From the NCBI GenBank assembly GCA_008632985.1, contig QPGO01000232.1, forward strand, positions 1-64,000: 64,000 bases of DNA, in the 5' to 3' direction. Below the pieces are notes generated by a model. The model had not been told where the DNA came from. It ran no database searches and saw only the letters and a program-made list of their open reading frames with translations. This document shows, piece after piece, positions 14,141 through 27,149 of this stretch. The stretch is from Psammoneis japonica. Lineage: Eukaryota. How positions within the stretch are numbered: position 1 is the stretch's first letter; each line of letters starts with the position of its first letter. Made by a program: the position numbers and the translations under genes.

Positions 14141-15200
14141 GCTCAACCATCTTCAACAACCAAGTTGGTGTCATGACGGACATGGCTGGAGCCGGCCAAA
14201 GCAGCGACCGCATTTGCTCAGTCAAGCGCAGCATGACAACGAGCCCATCTGGCTTGGACACAGTCAGAGTTTTGGCACAGCATGGCGGTGCCATGATCAC
14301 AAGCAATGCTGACATTTTGGGTGTGCAATCTGCAGCGGGAGTTCATTTGCATCCATTCAGTGACAACGCACCATCTGCGAACATGGAGGGTGTCAATGTT
14401 TTTTGTAGAGAGCAGGGCATTGTTGTTGGTGATGATTTGACCAACTGTGGGAAGGTTGTGCCAGAGACCTCTTTGGTTGCAACAAGTTCATTGGCAACCA
14501 AGGCAAAAGCATTTTGGCAAAGAAAAACACCAATGAAGGTGGCAGCATCACGGCCTTTGGAGACCCAACAGCAGAATGCAAGGGCATGGATGCAGCTGAG
14601 GTGATGGACGCTGATGCTGCATTTGTTTTGAAAAATGAATCTTGTTCCGACATTGTCAACACAGCAAGAACAAACACAGATGCTGCCCAGGCTTGCAGAG
14701 GTGTCAACATTCCACAGAGCAGTTCCCTTGCAAACTCCATTTTGAAATGGCCCATCAAAGAGCACTGGAGTGAGCCAATCCTGATTGGCTTTTGGATCTT
14801 TTTTCACACATTTCTCACTCTGTTGAAGAGCGGATGTTCACGCATGCTCATTCTTGCACTCTCCAAGACTCAATGCCTTCTGCCAGAAGTTTGGTGTTGT
14901 TCTTGAAAGTCATTCCCACAGTTGTTCCCGCATTCCCAGGCTTGCACAAAGCAGGTTTCAGCACCATCCTGTGGGGCTGTTGACAGTCTGAAATGTTCAT
15001 GCCAAGACGTTTGCCGAATCCATGCCTTCGACCAGGAGACAAACCATGGTGCATGGCATGACTTCCGTTTCACATTCATTCATCTCCCACATCATTGTCT
15101 GATTTGCATGGGATTCAATGGCAAAAGTCATGCAACATGAAGCCATGCAGCAGGCCACAATGTGGTTGGGGTCATGCAACTTTCTCTTGCAGAGGAATTT

Positions 15201-16240
15201 TCACAGGGCATCAAACTCTTCACTCAGTGGCAGCATGTTTCTTCCAGCTTTTTGACCCATCTCTTGGGCACACCAAAGTTCAGCTTGGAAACAAGTGCAC
15301 CCACTTGAGATCTTCAAATCCATCAACACCAAAGGGATCCGAGAGCAATTTCAAAAGCACCAGCAATCTGTGGAAAAAGAATGTCATGAGTCTGGCAAGC
15401 AGTGCCAACAGGCTGGCCAAACATCTGAGCAGAGTGCGAAGGGCGCCACCCACACAAGAGAATCAATCAAGACTTTTGAGCAAGTTGGGCACAGGCAAGT
15501 GGCTTGAGCCTGGCTTGTCAATCATCAGCGTCAAACATGCAGGCACACAAATGTGTCAATTGATCTAACACATTGGCTTCAAACTCTGAGCCACCACAGA
15601 GGGTTCCTTGTTGAAAGCCCTCTGTCATGTGCATGCCCGCCCATGTGAGGAGGGCATGTGCACATTGTGACGGTGGCAACCAGGGCTCCATCAAGGTGGG
15701 TGCTTCCTTTTTTGAAGCTGTCCTGACCCCACCAAGGATTGCAAGCCAAACAGGCTGAGCAACAAGGCTCCAATGTGTTGTTTGTCCAACAGAAGAGGAC
15801 AACTTTCTGCGTCCTTCATGAATTTTTTGCTGTCAGTCAATTGGCAAGGAGAGATGCATTTTCAATGACAAAAAAGATGAAAACCATCCCCGCCATTGGC
15901 TTGTCCAACCAAATCTTAGCCGGCGTGACACCATGGTCAGACAGCGGGGCTGCATCAATTGGCAACATGACATGGCCTGCTGGAAAAAATTTTTCCCTTT
16001 TTGTTGCTGCTGCAGCAACACTGTTTGTGATGTGATGAAGAATGAAGCTGCAAACACAGTGTGAATCATGCAAAAGCCTGAAATGCAAAACTGCAGCTCC
16101 AGCTGTTGTTTGCCACAAATGCACACACGGATCCAGAAGACTCTCCATTGACATCAGTCAAAGAAGTGCCAACTCCAATGACTGTCCCATCTGCCAACAC
16201 AGACACTCCAAATCAATCATTTTTGACCCCCAAAACAGCC
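15201..16240 (-). pseudogene. Hypermutated, 5'-truncated duplicate of the bestrophin gene at 33551-34915
   Basis: LPPSQCAHALLTWAGMHMTEGFQQGTLCGGSEFEANVLDQLTHLCACMFDADD vs LPPSQYAYILLTWVGMHVTEGIQQGTLRGGSGFETNVLDQLTRLRASMFDIDD; same order and orientation relative to the beta-helix gene. Confidence 0.9.
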
Positions 16241-16289
16241 AAGCATTTGTGATTTCGATGCTGACAATGACTCTTGTTGCCCCTCTCTT

Positions 16290-16307
16290 CATTGTTGTGC
16301 TGTTGTT

Positions 16308-16338
<31 letters not shown>

Positions 16339-16352
16339 TTGTTGTTGTTGTT
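16290..16352. repeat. (TGT)n microsatellite
   Basis: Long GTT/GCT run. Confidence 0.85.
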
Positions 16353-16996
16353 CTTGTCCACAGTCATTTCCTCATTGCCCACAGACTCTGTGCTCTGCTC
16401 TTCCTCATTGGAAGCCACTGAAACAACCTGAGCAACCTCTGCTTGTCGTGTGGTGGGAACCAATTGTTGAATGCACACTGTTTGTTGCTGCAAGACTTCT
16501 TGCCGGCGCACCATTCCTTGCTTCATTTGAGCCATTTGCACCTGCAAGCCCTCCACATCTTTGCTCGGTTCAGCCAAATGCACTTCAGCAAGCCCAGGAG
16601 GCTCATCAGCATTGGCAGGCTGCAGTGGTTGAGGTGTCAGGTGTCAGCGATGCCATTTTGGGTGAAGTCATGAGGAGGCAATGTCATCAGCATCCCTTCC
16701 TCATTGAACTTCCTGCCCTCCTTTGCTGGCGGCAAAAGCTCCAGCGATTGCATCAGCTCTTGGAGCCATTTCCAGTGCTTGTTCTCATTGTTGCTGTTGA
16801 TGGCAATGGCCAACATGGTGGGGAGCCACACTCATTTCTGTGCTGTGCGTGGCTTCCTTGTTGTCACGACAAGCAAATTCATGAAATTGCTCAATCTTGC
16901 ATTTTGTTTCTTCATCTTGATCATCCTTCAAGTTGCTGCAACTGGCACTGCTGCATCTTTCCCACATCATCTTTTGCACATGTTGCCGTTGTCATT

Positions 16997-17396
16997 GATG
17001 GGTTCCAGCCCCAGGTGGGGCTCCGCGTGACATTGGGCCCACAGAATTCTGCGTGCAAGCTCTGCAGCAAATTTGTCAAGCAACCAAAACACAAATGATT
17101 GCCAACAGAAAAAGAGGCAATTTTGCAAATGCATCTCCTCCTTCACACTTGCAGTGCATGATTGACAGTTTGCCCGGGCATGTTCTCTGCAGACATTGAA
17201 GAATGAACCCAGAGCATTTTCATTCTCACAAATGTTGAAAATGCGGAAAGCCTTTGGCCTTGCAAAATGGGGAGCATGAAACAATTTAACATGACATCAC
17301 AAGCAGAAATCTGCATGCACGACATGCGATGTGATCCAAAATCTCTTGATGTCACAGTGCAGCAGTGCAAGGTCTCACCTGGAGCTGGAGTGCGTC
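16997..17396. mobile_element. Family A MITE
   Basis: TIRs; TSD CATT on both sides; 400 bp. Confidence 0.9.
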
Positions 17397-17505
17397 CATT
17401 GCTGAGCTTGTGGGGAGTTGCTTTCTTGTTCACAACGTCAATGAATGTTGTTGTTGTTGTTCTGGCAAAGAAGCAAAAAATTGTGCGAAGGAGATGAAAA
17501 GTGGA

Positions 17506-17902
17506 GACGGGTTCCAGCCCCAGGTGGGGCTCCATGTGACATTGGGCCCACAGAATTCTGCGTGCAAGCTCCGCAGCAAGTTCACCAAGCAATGAAAACA
17601 CAAATGATCGCCAACAGAAAAAGAGGCAATTTTGTGAATGCATCTCCTCCTGCACACTTGTGGCACATCATCAACAGCTTGCCCGGGTGCATTCTGCAGA
17701 CATTGAAGAATGCAACCAGAGCATTTTCATTCTCACAAATGTTGAAAATGGAAAGCCTTTGGCTTCACAAAATGGGGAGCATGAAACAATTTTGTAGAAT
17801 GTCGTGCGCAGAAATCTGCGTGCGCGACATGCCACGTGATCCAAAAAACTCTTGATGTCACAATGCAGCAGCACGAGGTCCCACCCAGAGCTGAAATGCA
17901 TC
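17506..17902. mobile_element. Family A MITE
   Basis: TIRs; TSD TGGA on both sides; 397 bp. Confidence 0.9.
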
Positions 17903-19167
17903 TGGACTGAGTTGTTTTTGCGATGCTCAGTCATGCCATGTTGACACCTTGTGGAACATTTGTGACAGCTCCTGTGCAAAAAAAAGATGGGAAGTGGGGT
18001 TCTCACAGCCTGAGTGACACCTCTGTTGTGTTTCTCTTCTTGCATGGAGAAAAAAGCTTGAGTGAGTGATGAGAATGGCTCTGACACTGTTGGCGTCAGC
18101 GCCAACATGAGAATTTGGGTGACCATCTGCCTGTCACTCAAAAATTTGTGACAAAATTTTGCGACCCAGATGCGGGCCGCAAAATCACACGTTAAGCATC
18201 TGATGCGATTGGCGCTAAAATCCTTCAAGACTTGACAACTTTTTATTTTAAGGTGTGCGCACAATGAGCGCACAGCAGCGCAATGTCAGCCAGACGACTG
18301 TCGTGCATTTTTTGTGATTTGCGCAACAAATTGCCGTCAACGCCGACGATGACGATGACAATTTTCAGACGCTGACAGAGGATGACTTTGCAACAGGCAC
18401 TTAACACATCAATCAATTGCACTGCACAGAACACACATGTGCAAAGAAAGTCCCCCGGATGAACTCCCAATCGTTCGACAATCGAATGCATTGAAACGAT
18501 GGTCAAAAAACAGAGCTCCTCATTGGCGCGACGTTTTGCTTTTGAACAGAGGTTGCTCACGGGGACTTCCATGACTGAATGCGTTTGTAAACTCAACAAA
18601 CTGAATGTCTGCAATGACAAAAGACTCTGGGACATGTCGCTGTCATCGCTGTCATTGCGACAATGCACCACCGTCACGTCGCGCTGACCCCCGGCTGACC
18701 CGGGGCTGACACCGCGTGCAATCCCACGGCGCACGGTGCCACACATCAGCAGTGTGGAAAAAACGACCGTGCACTCCACGCGGACCGCGAGCTCCGGCGC
18801 GCGTGACGTCGCCCGAGCGCATCACTCAAATTCTGACGTCCGCGAACACCGGAGCGAACCCCAAAGTTCCGACCGTTCGCTTGCTTCTCCTCCTCCTCCT
18901 CCTCCTCCACACACACACACACAAAGACGCAACCAACCAAATGCAAACACCACATCGCATCGCATCCGGACGGCCTGCAACGACTGCCGTCAACATGCCC
19001 CACCCAACTCAATGAGCAAATCTCAAAGATGGTGGAGGTGAGTTGTTGCCATGAACCGTGGCTTCCTTCCTCTTTGGAAACAGGAGGTTTGTTGTTTTGT
19101 CTTTGCTTCTCAGCTGTGCTGCTGCACGTGCGCGACACACTGCTGGTGGTTTTTGGGGTTGGTTTCC

Positions 19168-19290
19168 ACTCAGCTGAGCCCCATTCTCCAGCTCAGCCCA
19201 CCCACTCAGCTGAGCGCAATGATCCCTCATCGGCTCAGCTGAGCCTTTTGTTGAATTTTTTCTCAGCTGAGGGATTTCACTCACCTGAGA
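19168..19290. repeat. Cluster of CTCAGCTGAG palindromes
   Basis: 4 perfect copies plus variants; similar clusters at 20212-20318, 27507-27549 and 28533-28678. Confidence 0.8.
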
Positions 19291-20511
19291 TTCTTTCTTC
19301 CTTTGATTGCAGACCCATCTCCGCCCTCACCAGGCTGCTGCTTTGGTGTCTCAGCAGAGGACTGCTGAGATTGCCAGTGCTGGGAGACGTGTTGCCAGAG
19401 CTCCTCCTCCTGGTGGTGCCTCCACAGCTGCAGCTGTTGGCGGCGGTGGTGCTGGTGCCAGCGCCACTGGATCCCATGGCAAGGGCAAGCACAAGGGTGC
19501 CAAGGGCCAGAGCCAGTCCAAGAGGCGCAAGGGTGTACACCAGGCAGCATCTGCTCGTGCTTCTTCTGTAGAACCTGGCATCATTCCCTTGCCTCAGGGC
19601 GAAAAGCAGCTGTTGCAGCACCTCATTGCTTGCCACAAGGAAATTATGGGTCTGAAGGTTCCGCCCACTGTTGGGGAAGGCATGACGCGCGGCAACCCCA
19701 AGGCTGCTCACAAAAGTTTTGCTGAAAATTTGGCTGCTGTTTTTGCCTTCAAGGCAGTGTTTGGATCTGGCCAGAAGGTCCCTGGCAAGGTTTTTGCCAA
19801 CATGCATGGAACAAACTGTCTGCCTGACCATGTCAACAGGATTCATTCTGAGGACACTGAGGCCAATCGCAAACATCTCTGTGCCAAGCATTTCAATGTT
19901 TTAGACAAGCACTTTCCCTGGGAAACACCACGGGTTTTGGGGCATGGTGGGGGCGACTTCAAACCACAATCAAGGAGGACAAATTTTGGGCCCCCGGTGT
20001 TCATGGCTGCAATGCACCTGGAAAGGGTTTGCTGTGTCGCAGATTCCTCGTCATTCTTCTCAAGCACCAAGTGGTGAAGGACTGTCAGCGCTGGTTGGAG
20101 CTGGCTGCAAAACTCCAGGTTGCAGGCTGCAAAATTGGTTCATGAAAAACCGTCGTGTTAATGCACTGAAATTAGATCTGCACAAGACTCCACAGCGCTG
20201 CATTTTCGTTGCTCAGCTGAGAAAATGCCACTCAACCGAGCGGCTCAGCTGAGAAAATGCTGCTCAACCGAGTGGCTCAGCTGAGAAAACACTGCTCAAC
20301 TGAGCGGCTCAGCTGAGACACTGGCACTCTGCCAAGGCACCACATCAAGTCCTGCGCCTCTTGCTGCCACTTTGATTCTGCACATCCTGCATGTCAAATG
20401 GCTGGTTCTCAGGAATTGGAGCTGGAAGATCAAAGCGGAAACGAAAAAATCCAAATGGCGTTGGAAACGAAAAAATCCAAATGGCGTGAATCCATCATGT
20501 TGTTTGATTGA

Positions 20512-23500
20512 TTGTTTGTGCTCCTCTTCTTGTCTCTAATTCTTCTGTTCTTCTTGCCACCTCTTTGGCCGCCTCCCTTTTGCTCCTCAAGCCCCAGTGT
20601 CAAAAACCCAAAAGATGGTGAACCTTCTGATGTTTCTCAGAACGAATTGCTGATTCTCCAAGATGTGCCGACTCTCAAGGAACAATTTGAATGTTCCCGA
20701 ACAAAGTGGCCGACCCTCGGTGCAACTCATCAGTCGCCTCCTCCTCCGCCAGACAATTTCACAAAAGAAGAGCTTGCGAAAGTGTTTCCTGAACCATCTC
20801 CGTTTGCGATTCCGGGTGAGGTGAAGTCACAACATTCTCACCTTGTCGTCTTTGAGGAAACCCCCATTTCCGGTTCCTTTGGGGGGAACTGTGTCAAGCA
20901 CCAGTTGTTCCACAGCATCTCCGATTTCTACTTGGTGAATCACCTCCGCAAGTTCATGCATGGATTTGAAAACGGCACAGCTCCCAATGATCTGACGCAA
21001 GAATCGATGGTTGCGATTGCTTGCCCGACCCAGTCAACCTCTCATTTTTCCAACGTGGTCACTCATTTGTGACACACTGACAAGATGCATCAGAGGTGCT
21101 TTTTTGGTTGCGATTCAGTGTGTCGTTGACACTCCGTGCAGTGTTGGAACATGGCAAGCCAAACGAAAAAAGGGATGGACCAGAATGCAAGTTGCGCTGT
21201 CGGATCTGTTTTGGTTGTTGTGGCCAGAATTACGAAGTCGCGGATGGTGAGTTAGCTGAAGTGGGACCTGCTCACAAGCCTGGTGCTGTTTTTGGCAGGG
21301 ATGAGTGGGAGAAGCTTCCAAAGGATGTGCAGGCAATGATGGCCTCAATCTTGGACGCCGCGCAACTCTGCGAGGACGAAATTAATCTTGTTGCTTTGAA
21401 AGAAATGCATTCCTTCCATGACCCACACCGTGACAGTCTTTTCGCGGCTGAGCTCCGCAAGATGGTTGGAGCCAAGCACATCAGAAGGGAAGGCGTGGAA
21501 ATTCAAGTTAAGTGCATCTCGTCATCCGGCAAAAAATCCGTTAATTCGAAAACCGAGCCACACATTGACAAAGAGGATTGTGACATGGATGGGTGCACCA
21601 AGACTGGTGCTCTTTGCTCGTCACTGCGAGACGCTGTTGGTCGCTCTTGGTCATTGAAGGTTGTCACTGCATCCAAAGGCAATGCTGGAAACCACGTCAG
21701 TTCGGCACATGGGTGTGCCGAGTTCCGATCGCGTGTGCATGGTCATTTCGCAAAACTTGATCTGTCGTGTGCTGCAGAAATGATGAGATGCCGTGGCCCT
21801 TGTCGTCCTCCGTCGGGCAAGCCAACCCACAGAAACATCAAAGATTTTTTCCTTGACCCTCACTCTGTGTGGGTGGAAGAGGAAATTGGCAAGCCAAATC
21901 TTCTGTCCGACACAGTCAAGTGTCCCGTTGTTGTCATGCCAAGGAAACGTCTTCTGTTTGCCATCGTGAAGGACTTTAATTTCTCGTGCAGTTGTTCGGC
22001 AATCATCGACAACCTTGATGAGGTTGGTGCATGCGATTGCTTTTGTTGCACCATTGTGGCTGGGCATCAAACCGGATTTCCCGTTTTTGCTGCTTGTTGT
22101 GCAACACAGATGCTGTGAAGCATCCTTTCGTGTCTGGCGATTGTGTCCTTCATTGCTTCAGAGAAGCTGCAAGGCCACTCGGCAGCATTGCGGGGGATCG
22201 CAACAACCAACGCATGCAGAGCCCGGGACTTGATTTTGAGGAGGTTCATGTGGCAGAGTGCGGGACAAAACTCAACGGTTTGATGGACTTGCTTGTTGGT
22301 GGACTGGTTGTTGTCATCGACTGGATCAATGACAATGTTGGCAAGCCAACGTTCAACCACAAGGCGATCGAGGGTGTGTTTAAAACCGTGGTCCAAACAT
22401 GGGATCATGCAGGTGCTGATTGTGGAGAGTTCAGATGCATGAACTCTGTGCAGATGTTGATGCTGTGTGGCATGGGGATCCATCCTCACCCTGACCTTCG
22501 TAATCTTGTCCATCCGGTGGCCAAGTTGGGAGCAGCAAAGCAAATGGAGGAAATGAAGGTCCTGGTGGAGGAGCGCAATTTACTCTTGGAACGGACAGAG
22601 GGTGATTTTGATTTGGAAGACTGTGGAAAGAATGGCCCAGAGTCTTTGCCATGTGACCTGAGTGCAGCTCATGAAAAGATGGGAATCTGCGATGTCTTTT
22701 GTTGCGGACAGCATCTGTTGCTCTTGTTCTCTGATGGGCAATCAATGATCAAGTGGTTTGGAAGGCATGAATGGGAGCCAGTCCCATTCATGTCGATTGA
22801 TGAAGTTTGAGCCAAACTGGAACGGCAAAGAGAGGTTGCTTTTTCATGGCAATCACATTTGTTTTTTGTCTGATTGTGCTGACATTGTCACATTGAATTC
22901 TCATTCTAACAGGAAGAAGGCCGCCGGTGATTTGTTGTCATTCGCAATGAACAAAAGTGACGATTGTGAGGAGGAGTCAATTGACGAGAAAACAAGCGAA
23001 CTTCCAACTGCTTGCATGGGTGAAGAGGACAAAAGCAAAGAGCCCATTGACGATGAGCACAACCAAGTTGCACATTGCTCTGAGGGTGAAGAGGACCACA
23101 GCGACCCAGGAGATTGTTTTGCAAGTGACGAAACCAACGGGGAAACACACAATGTGCTGTGGTTGGGGATGACCCGTCCGCTCAATGCAAGGCATCTATC
23201 TTCTCAAGAATTGTGCTCTGAGAAGGGGGTGGCCTCAGTGTCGTCCGACCAACACAGGCGAGACGAGGCCCGCGCAATGGCACTTGAGGAAACTGACAAA
23301 ACAGTCACAAACGTCGTTCCAACAGTTTCTCTCCAAGACTGCCATCCTGATCTGCACTTAAATTGCAATGTGAAAGCAAGAGATTTCGTCAAGAGAGTCA
23401 AGCAGCAGTTTCAGAAACTTGTTGATTTCGAAAATCATGGGTTCGACCAAATCATGTTGGACTGCTGCTGGATGCCAGATGGAGAGTGGTGCGATGGTTG

Positions 23501-23906
23501 TTTTGGGATGACTCAATTTTTCCAGAATCTAATTGATCTTCGGGCCTTGCTCTCCAAAAACGAAGAAGGGGGGGACACAGTGATTCCCTTTGCTCTTGCA
23601 ACCTTCTTCCAGGTTGTCAAACAATGGAAGAAATTGTCAGCTGTGTTCGACATGTGCACAATGGACAATGATGCTGCAAAGAGCCGTGCGAGCACATTCT
23701 TTGCAAGCAACCTTGTGACCCAAGAACAACGAGAATGGTGGTTGGGAAAGCCTTCCGATCAGGAAGAAGCTTGTCTTGGAGTTTCCAAAGAAGACATCAG
23801 AACAAAAGCAATGGAAGGTGCTTGCACCGCACTGCTTCACGTGTGCCACAATGACTTCACCAATTCTGAAAGGATCAAATTCATCATGTTTGCAAGAAAG
23901 AGTTAG
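20512..23906 (+). pseudogene. Decayed large multidomain ORF (transposon cargo); possible HxD dioxygenase-like and methyltransferase-like domains
   Basis: Chain of four long + strand ORFs almost devoid of Tyr; EPHIDKED motif; C-terminal NVLWLGM...FDQIMLD(CC=YY)WMP...FF.NL..L..LL...G...IPF pattern. Confidence 0.4.
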
Positions 23907-23944
23907 GAAATCACTGTGAGTGAATGACAGATTGATGCGCACAC

Positions 23945-24250
23945 CCTGTTTTAGAAACAAATCTGACCAACACTTCCTTCTGTCCTGTGCAGCCCAAACA
24001 AATGGGGCCTTTTCTTGTGCTTCTGCTGCTCCTGGACATTCTTCATAAACCAAAACATTGTCCCCAATTGCTTTGACAGGGACAACCCGCAACTCAGGTG
24101 AGCACTGAGTCTTCTCAGGCATTGAAAGCCAGTTGTTTCGTTTGTGATCAAGTTGCCAGCGACTGACCAAGTCTGCATGCTGATGCCATTGCCTCATGGT
24201 TCTCTGGTCAATGTTGACAGGGCCTTCATCTAGACTCACACTCGTTGTCC
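23945..24250 (-). mobile_element. Possible C-terminal fragment of a Plavaka-like DNA transposase
   Basis: RWQLD..PELRVVPVKAIGDNVLVYEECPG..VWAAQDRRKCWSDLF resembles, from memory, the C-terminus of algal Plavaka-like transposases; unverified. Confidence 0.3.
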
Positions 24251-24650
24251 TTGTCTTGTGGATGAGAAGGGAAAAGAAGAACAACACACAAAAAATGGCG
24301 GGAAAATGGCAAACATCACATCATCTTCCAGATTTGGATGATTCTTGCAGGCATGATGTGTCTGCATTTTGATTTTTCATCTGGCATTTGCAGTGAACAT
24401 TGTTCTTTTTTATTTGCTGTCAAAATGCAGGATGTTGTCCCCATTGAAACGCAATGACAGCCATGTCAAAAAGCAAGTTGGACTGTTCATTGTCACACAC
24501 AAACACATTTTCAAATTTCAATGTCGCTGACAACAATTTGTGCAATGTCACAGAGAAAAACAGAGTGGCTGGCTGTCTCAACATGACCCAGACAACGGTT
24601 GCACTGTTGAACAGTGACGCTCCTCTCATTGTTGCCGTGCAAAGATCAAG

Positions 24651-25972
24651 ATGTCGTCTGCAGCACCACCGGCAAAGAAGAGAAAGAAAAATGAGACTGT
24701 CAAGCCAATGAGCCCGAGACTTCAGGCAGTGTTGAAGAGAACAGGTGTGCAGGCAGCGCATGGTGCATTGAAATCAGAAGTGGAGAAGGTGGCTGGAAAT
24801 GATCTCTTTCCACAGGTGAAGTTTCTCAATCCGTCAGAATTGGCAAGCAATGGGAGCGTCTCAATGTTTGTGAAGAAAGAGATTGCTGGGGGCAACATGG
24901 ACACTTCAAATTGGTCAGGAACTTGGGAGGAATGGGCAAAAAAGGCGGCAAAAAGGCAAGTTGACAATCGCAGAAAAACACTGTGTGTTCGGCTGTTGGG
25001 GCGGAGGCAATGGCCCGTAAGTCAAATGACCAATGTGTGTGATTCGAGAGTTGCGCGCATCTCACAAGAAGATGACGGTGATGCTTTGTCTGTGTGGGTG
25101 TTGTCACTGAGAAAGAGGGAAAGGAAAAAGAAAAGAAACTCAAGGCGGCAGTCAGGAGGAAAAAGCAAAGCAGGAAAAAGTCAAGCCGTGACAAGAATGA
25201 AGAGAATGATGTCCCGTTTGTGCCGACATGGGATCCGTTCAGCCTGGACACTGTCACCGGCGGCAAACGAAGGAACAAGCAGGCATGCAAGTGGTTCTGT
25301 GATCACATCCTACCTCAAACCAAGCAAAAGCAGGCATGGAGTGGCGCCATCAAAACTGGGAACGCACAGGTCTTACAGTTGTTTATGGTGGGTGACGAAG
25401 CTTTGGCGCTGTCAGCTGTGGAGAATTGTTGGGAGGTGTGGGCATGCAGGAACAAGGAGGAGGTGGTGGAAGAATTGGGTGAGGAAATGGAGCCCGAAGA
25501 AACAAGGCCTGCCCCTCAGCACACAAAGCCAAAGAAACAACGAGTGTCTTGGGGAGATGATGGAATCATTCGGTTCAACGATTTGCACAAAGAGGTGACG
25601 AAAGACAGAGACTCCAAGGAGGGCAAGGAGTTTGAAAAGTGGTGTGCGGAGATCAAGAAAAGTGAGCACGAGAAGTCCGGAGAAGCAAAAAAGAAGAAGA
25701 AGACAGCACCGACCGGTGATGCGGAGAAGGTGAAGGCAATGAACAGCCCAATGGTGGAGAGCAGCAGGGATGACAATGGTGATGACGATGAGCAGGAGGA
25801 AGGTGCAAAAGGCAAAACGAACGACGGAGGAGACGAGTCCGATGGAGACGAGTCCGATGGAGACAAGTCTGATGATGATTGTCAGCTTAGTTTGAGAGAG
25901 TTGCAGCAGGAAAATGTGTGCACAGTCAACACAGCACTCGGTCATTGCACTGCAGATGTGACAAGGGATTGA
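24651..25972 (+). pseudogene. Decayed transposon-associated accessory ORF
   Basis: LFPQVKFL; KWFCDHILP; DEALAL..ENCWEVW; WGDDGIIRFNDL..EV..DR pattern recalled from diatom DNA-transposon accessory proteins; no Tyr. Confidence 0.45.
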
Positions 25973-26002
25973 CTCAGCCGATGAAATGCTTTTCTTGTTC
26001 AA

Positions 26003-26526
26003 CACCGGATCCATGGGTGCACCCGGGAATTGCGGGATGAAAGGGGGAAGGGGCAAATGGGAATGGTGGGAAAGTGAGGGGCCATCATTGTGCCTTGAGG
26101 GTCCCTTTAGTGAGCCGAACACGCACATTTCTCATCTGACCATCACAGGCCCGTCTTGTGGGGGGTGTCAAAATGTTGTGACGGGACGCTTCTTGAGGAT
26201 TGATCGCCACACAATGTGTGTGGCTATGAAGGTTATATAAAGTTGAAAATTCACTTTTTTATGTGTGTCGTTTTCAGATTTATGTGACATTGATGGTCCA
26301 ACAAAATGCACAAAATCATTTCTAGAGACCGCGTCTGCTCTCACAATTTGACGACCCTCGAAAGGACGGACCCACAAGGGTCAAATCGGCAACAAGCGTG
26401 TTTGGCTGACTAAAGGGTCCCTCTGGGTAAAATGACAGCATGTCACTTTTCCACCATTCACATTTGCCCCTTTCCCCTTTCATCCCGCATTTCGCAGATT
26501 CCCCTGGTGCATCCGCGGATCCTGTG
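26003..26526. mobile_element. TTAA-targeting (piggyBac-like) MITE with ~190-bp imperfect inverted arms
   Basis: 26003-26190 is an inverted match to 26330-26526; termini CAC..GTG; flanks TCAA (mutated TTAA) and TTAA; a related partial copy starts ~28973 after TTGA. Confidence 0.8.
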
Positions 26527-27149
26527 TTAAAATGATGTTTGCGAAAATTAACAAACCAAGGTTTGTGTGGCAATGCAATCACGCATTGGCATGTGGCAAC
26601 AAGGTGGAGGCAGAAATGGTGATGTGGACACAGTGAAAACAGCACACATGATTCTCAACAAGTTGTTGCAACATTGGCGCACCAAACTTGCAACCAGAGG
26701 TTGGCCTGTCACCATGTGACAGTGATGTGTTCCAACATTTTAATGAATTGTCATCATGTGGATCTACACATTTTTAACATTTCGTGCACTCTGATGTTTG
26801 CATTGATGAACAAGAAAAAAGAATGCTCTCAACCTTCTCTGACTCTGTCACAATGTCGCTCATCAAGGGAGGGAAGCCACCAAATGTTTTTCCATCATGG
26901 ATGGTGACCGTCCAGCCAGCCAGTGCCTTGCCACACTCCCTGTCCATCCTCTCTGTTCCCTGCACATGATCAAACAAGCTGTGCAAATTTCTCAAGTCCC
27001 AACCTGATCGAAAGATCTGTGGCATTCCAGCAGCAGATGGCAAGTGGGCCATTGCCTCCTCAGAGTCCTTCTTCCTGCAATGAGAATGAAGCCAGGCATT
27101 GAGCGTGCCAAGAATGGAGTGTGTGGCAGGGCCAGGTCTGTGCAGCCCC

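Larger units (their letters stand above)
13106..14717 (+). pseudogene. Hypermutated duplicate of the beta-helix gene at 31961-33136, interrupted by a MITE
   Basis: MRFLP.., PKDVCIAPKEP, TLKSGLACPTPN, FGNILESGSIGVLLLNGATMKNCFVQGF shared; frameshifts; stop TAG changed to CAG at 14715. Confidence 0.9.

Noticed and set aside
20437..20487. 2x ~26-bp direct repeat GGAAACGAAAAAATCCAAATGGCGT
   Set aside because: Simple local duplication with no further structure
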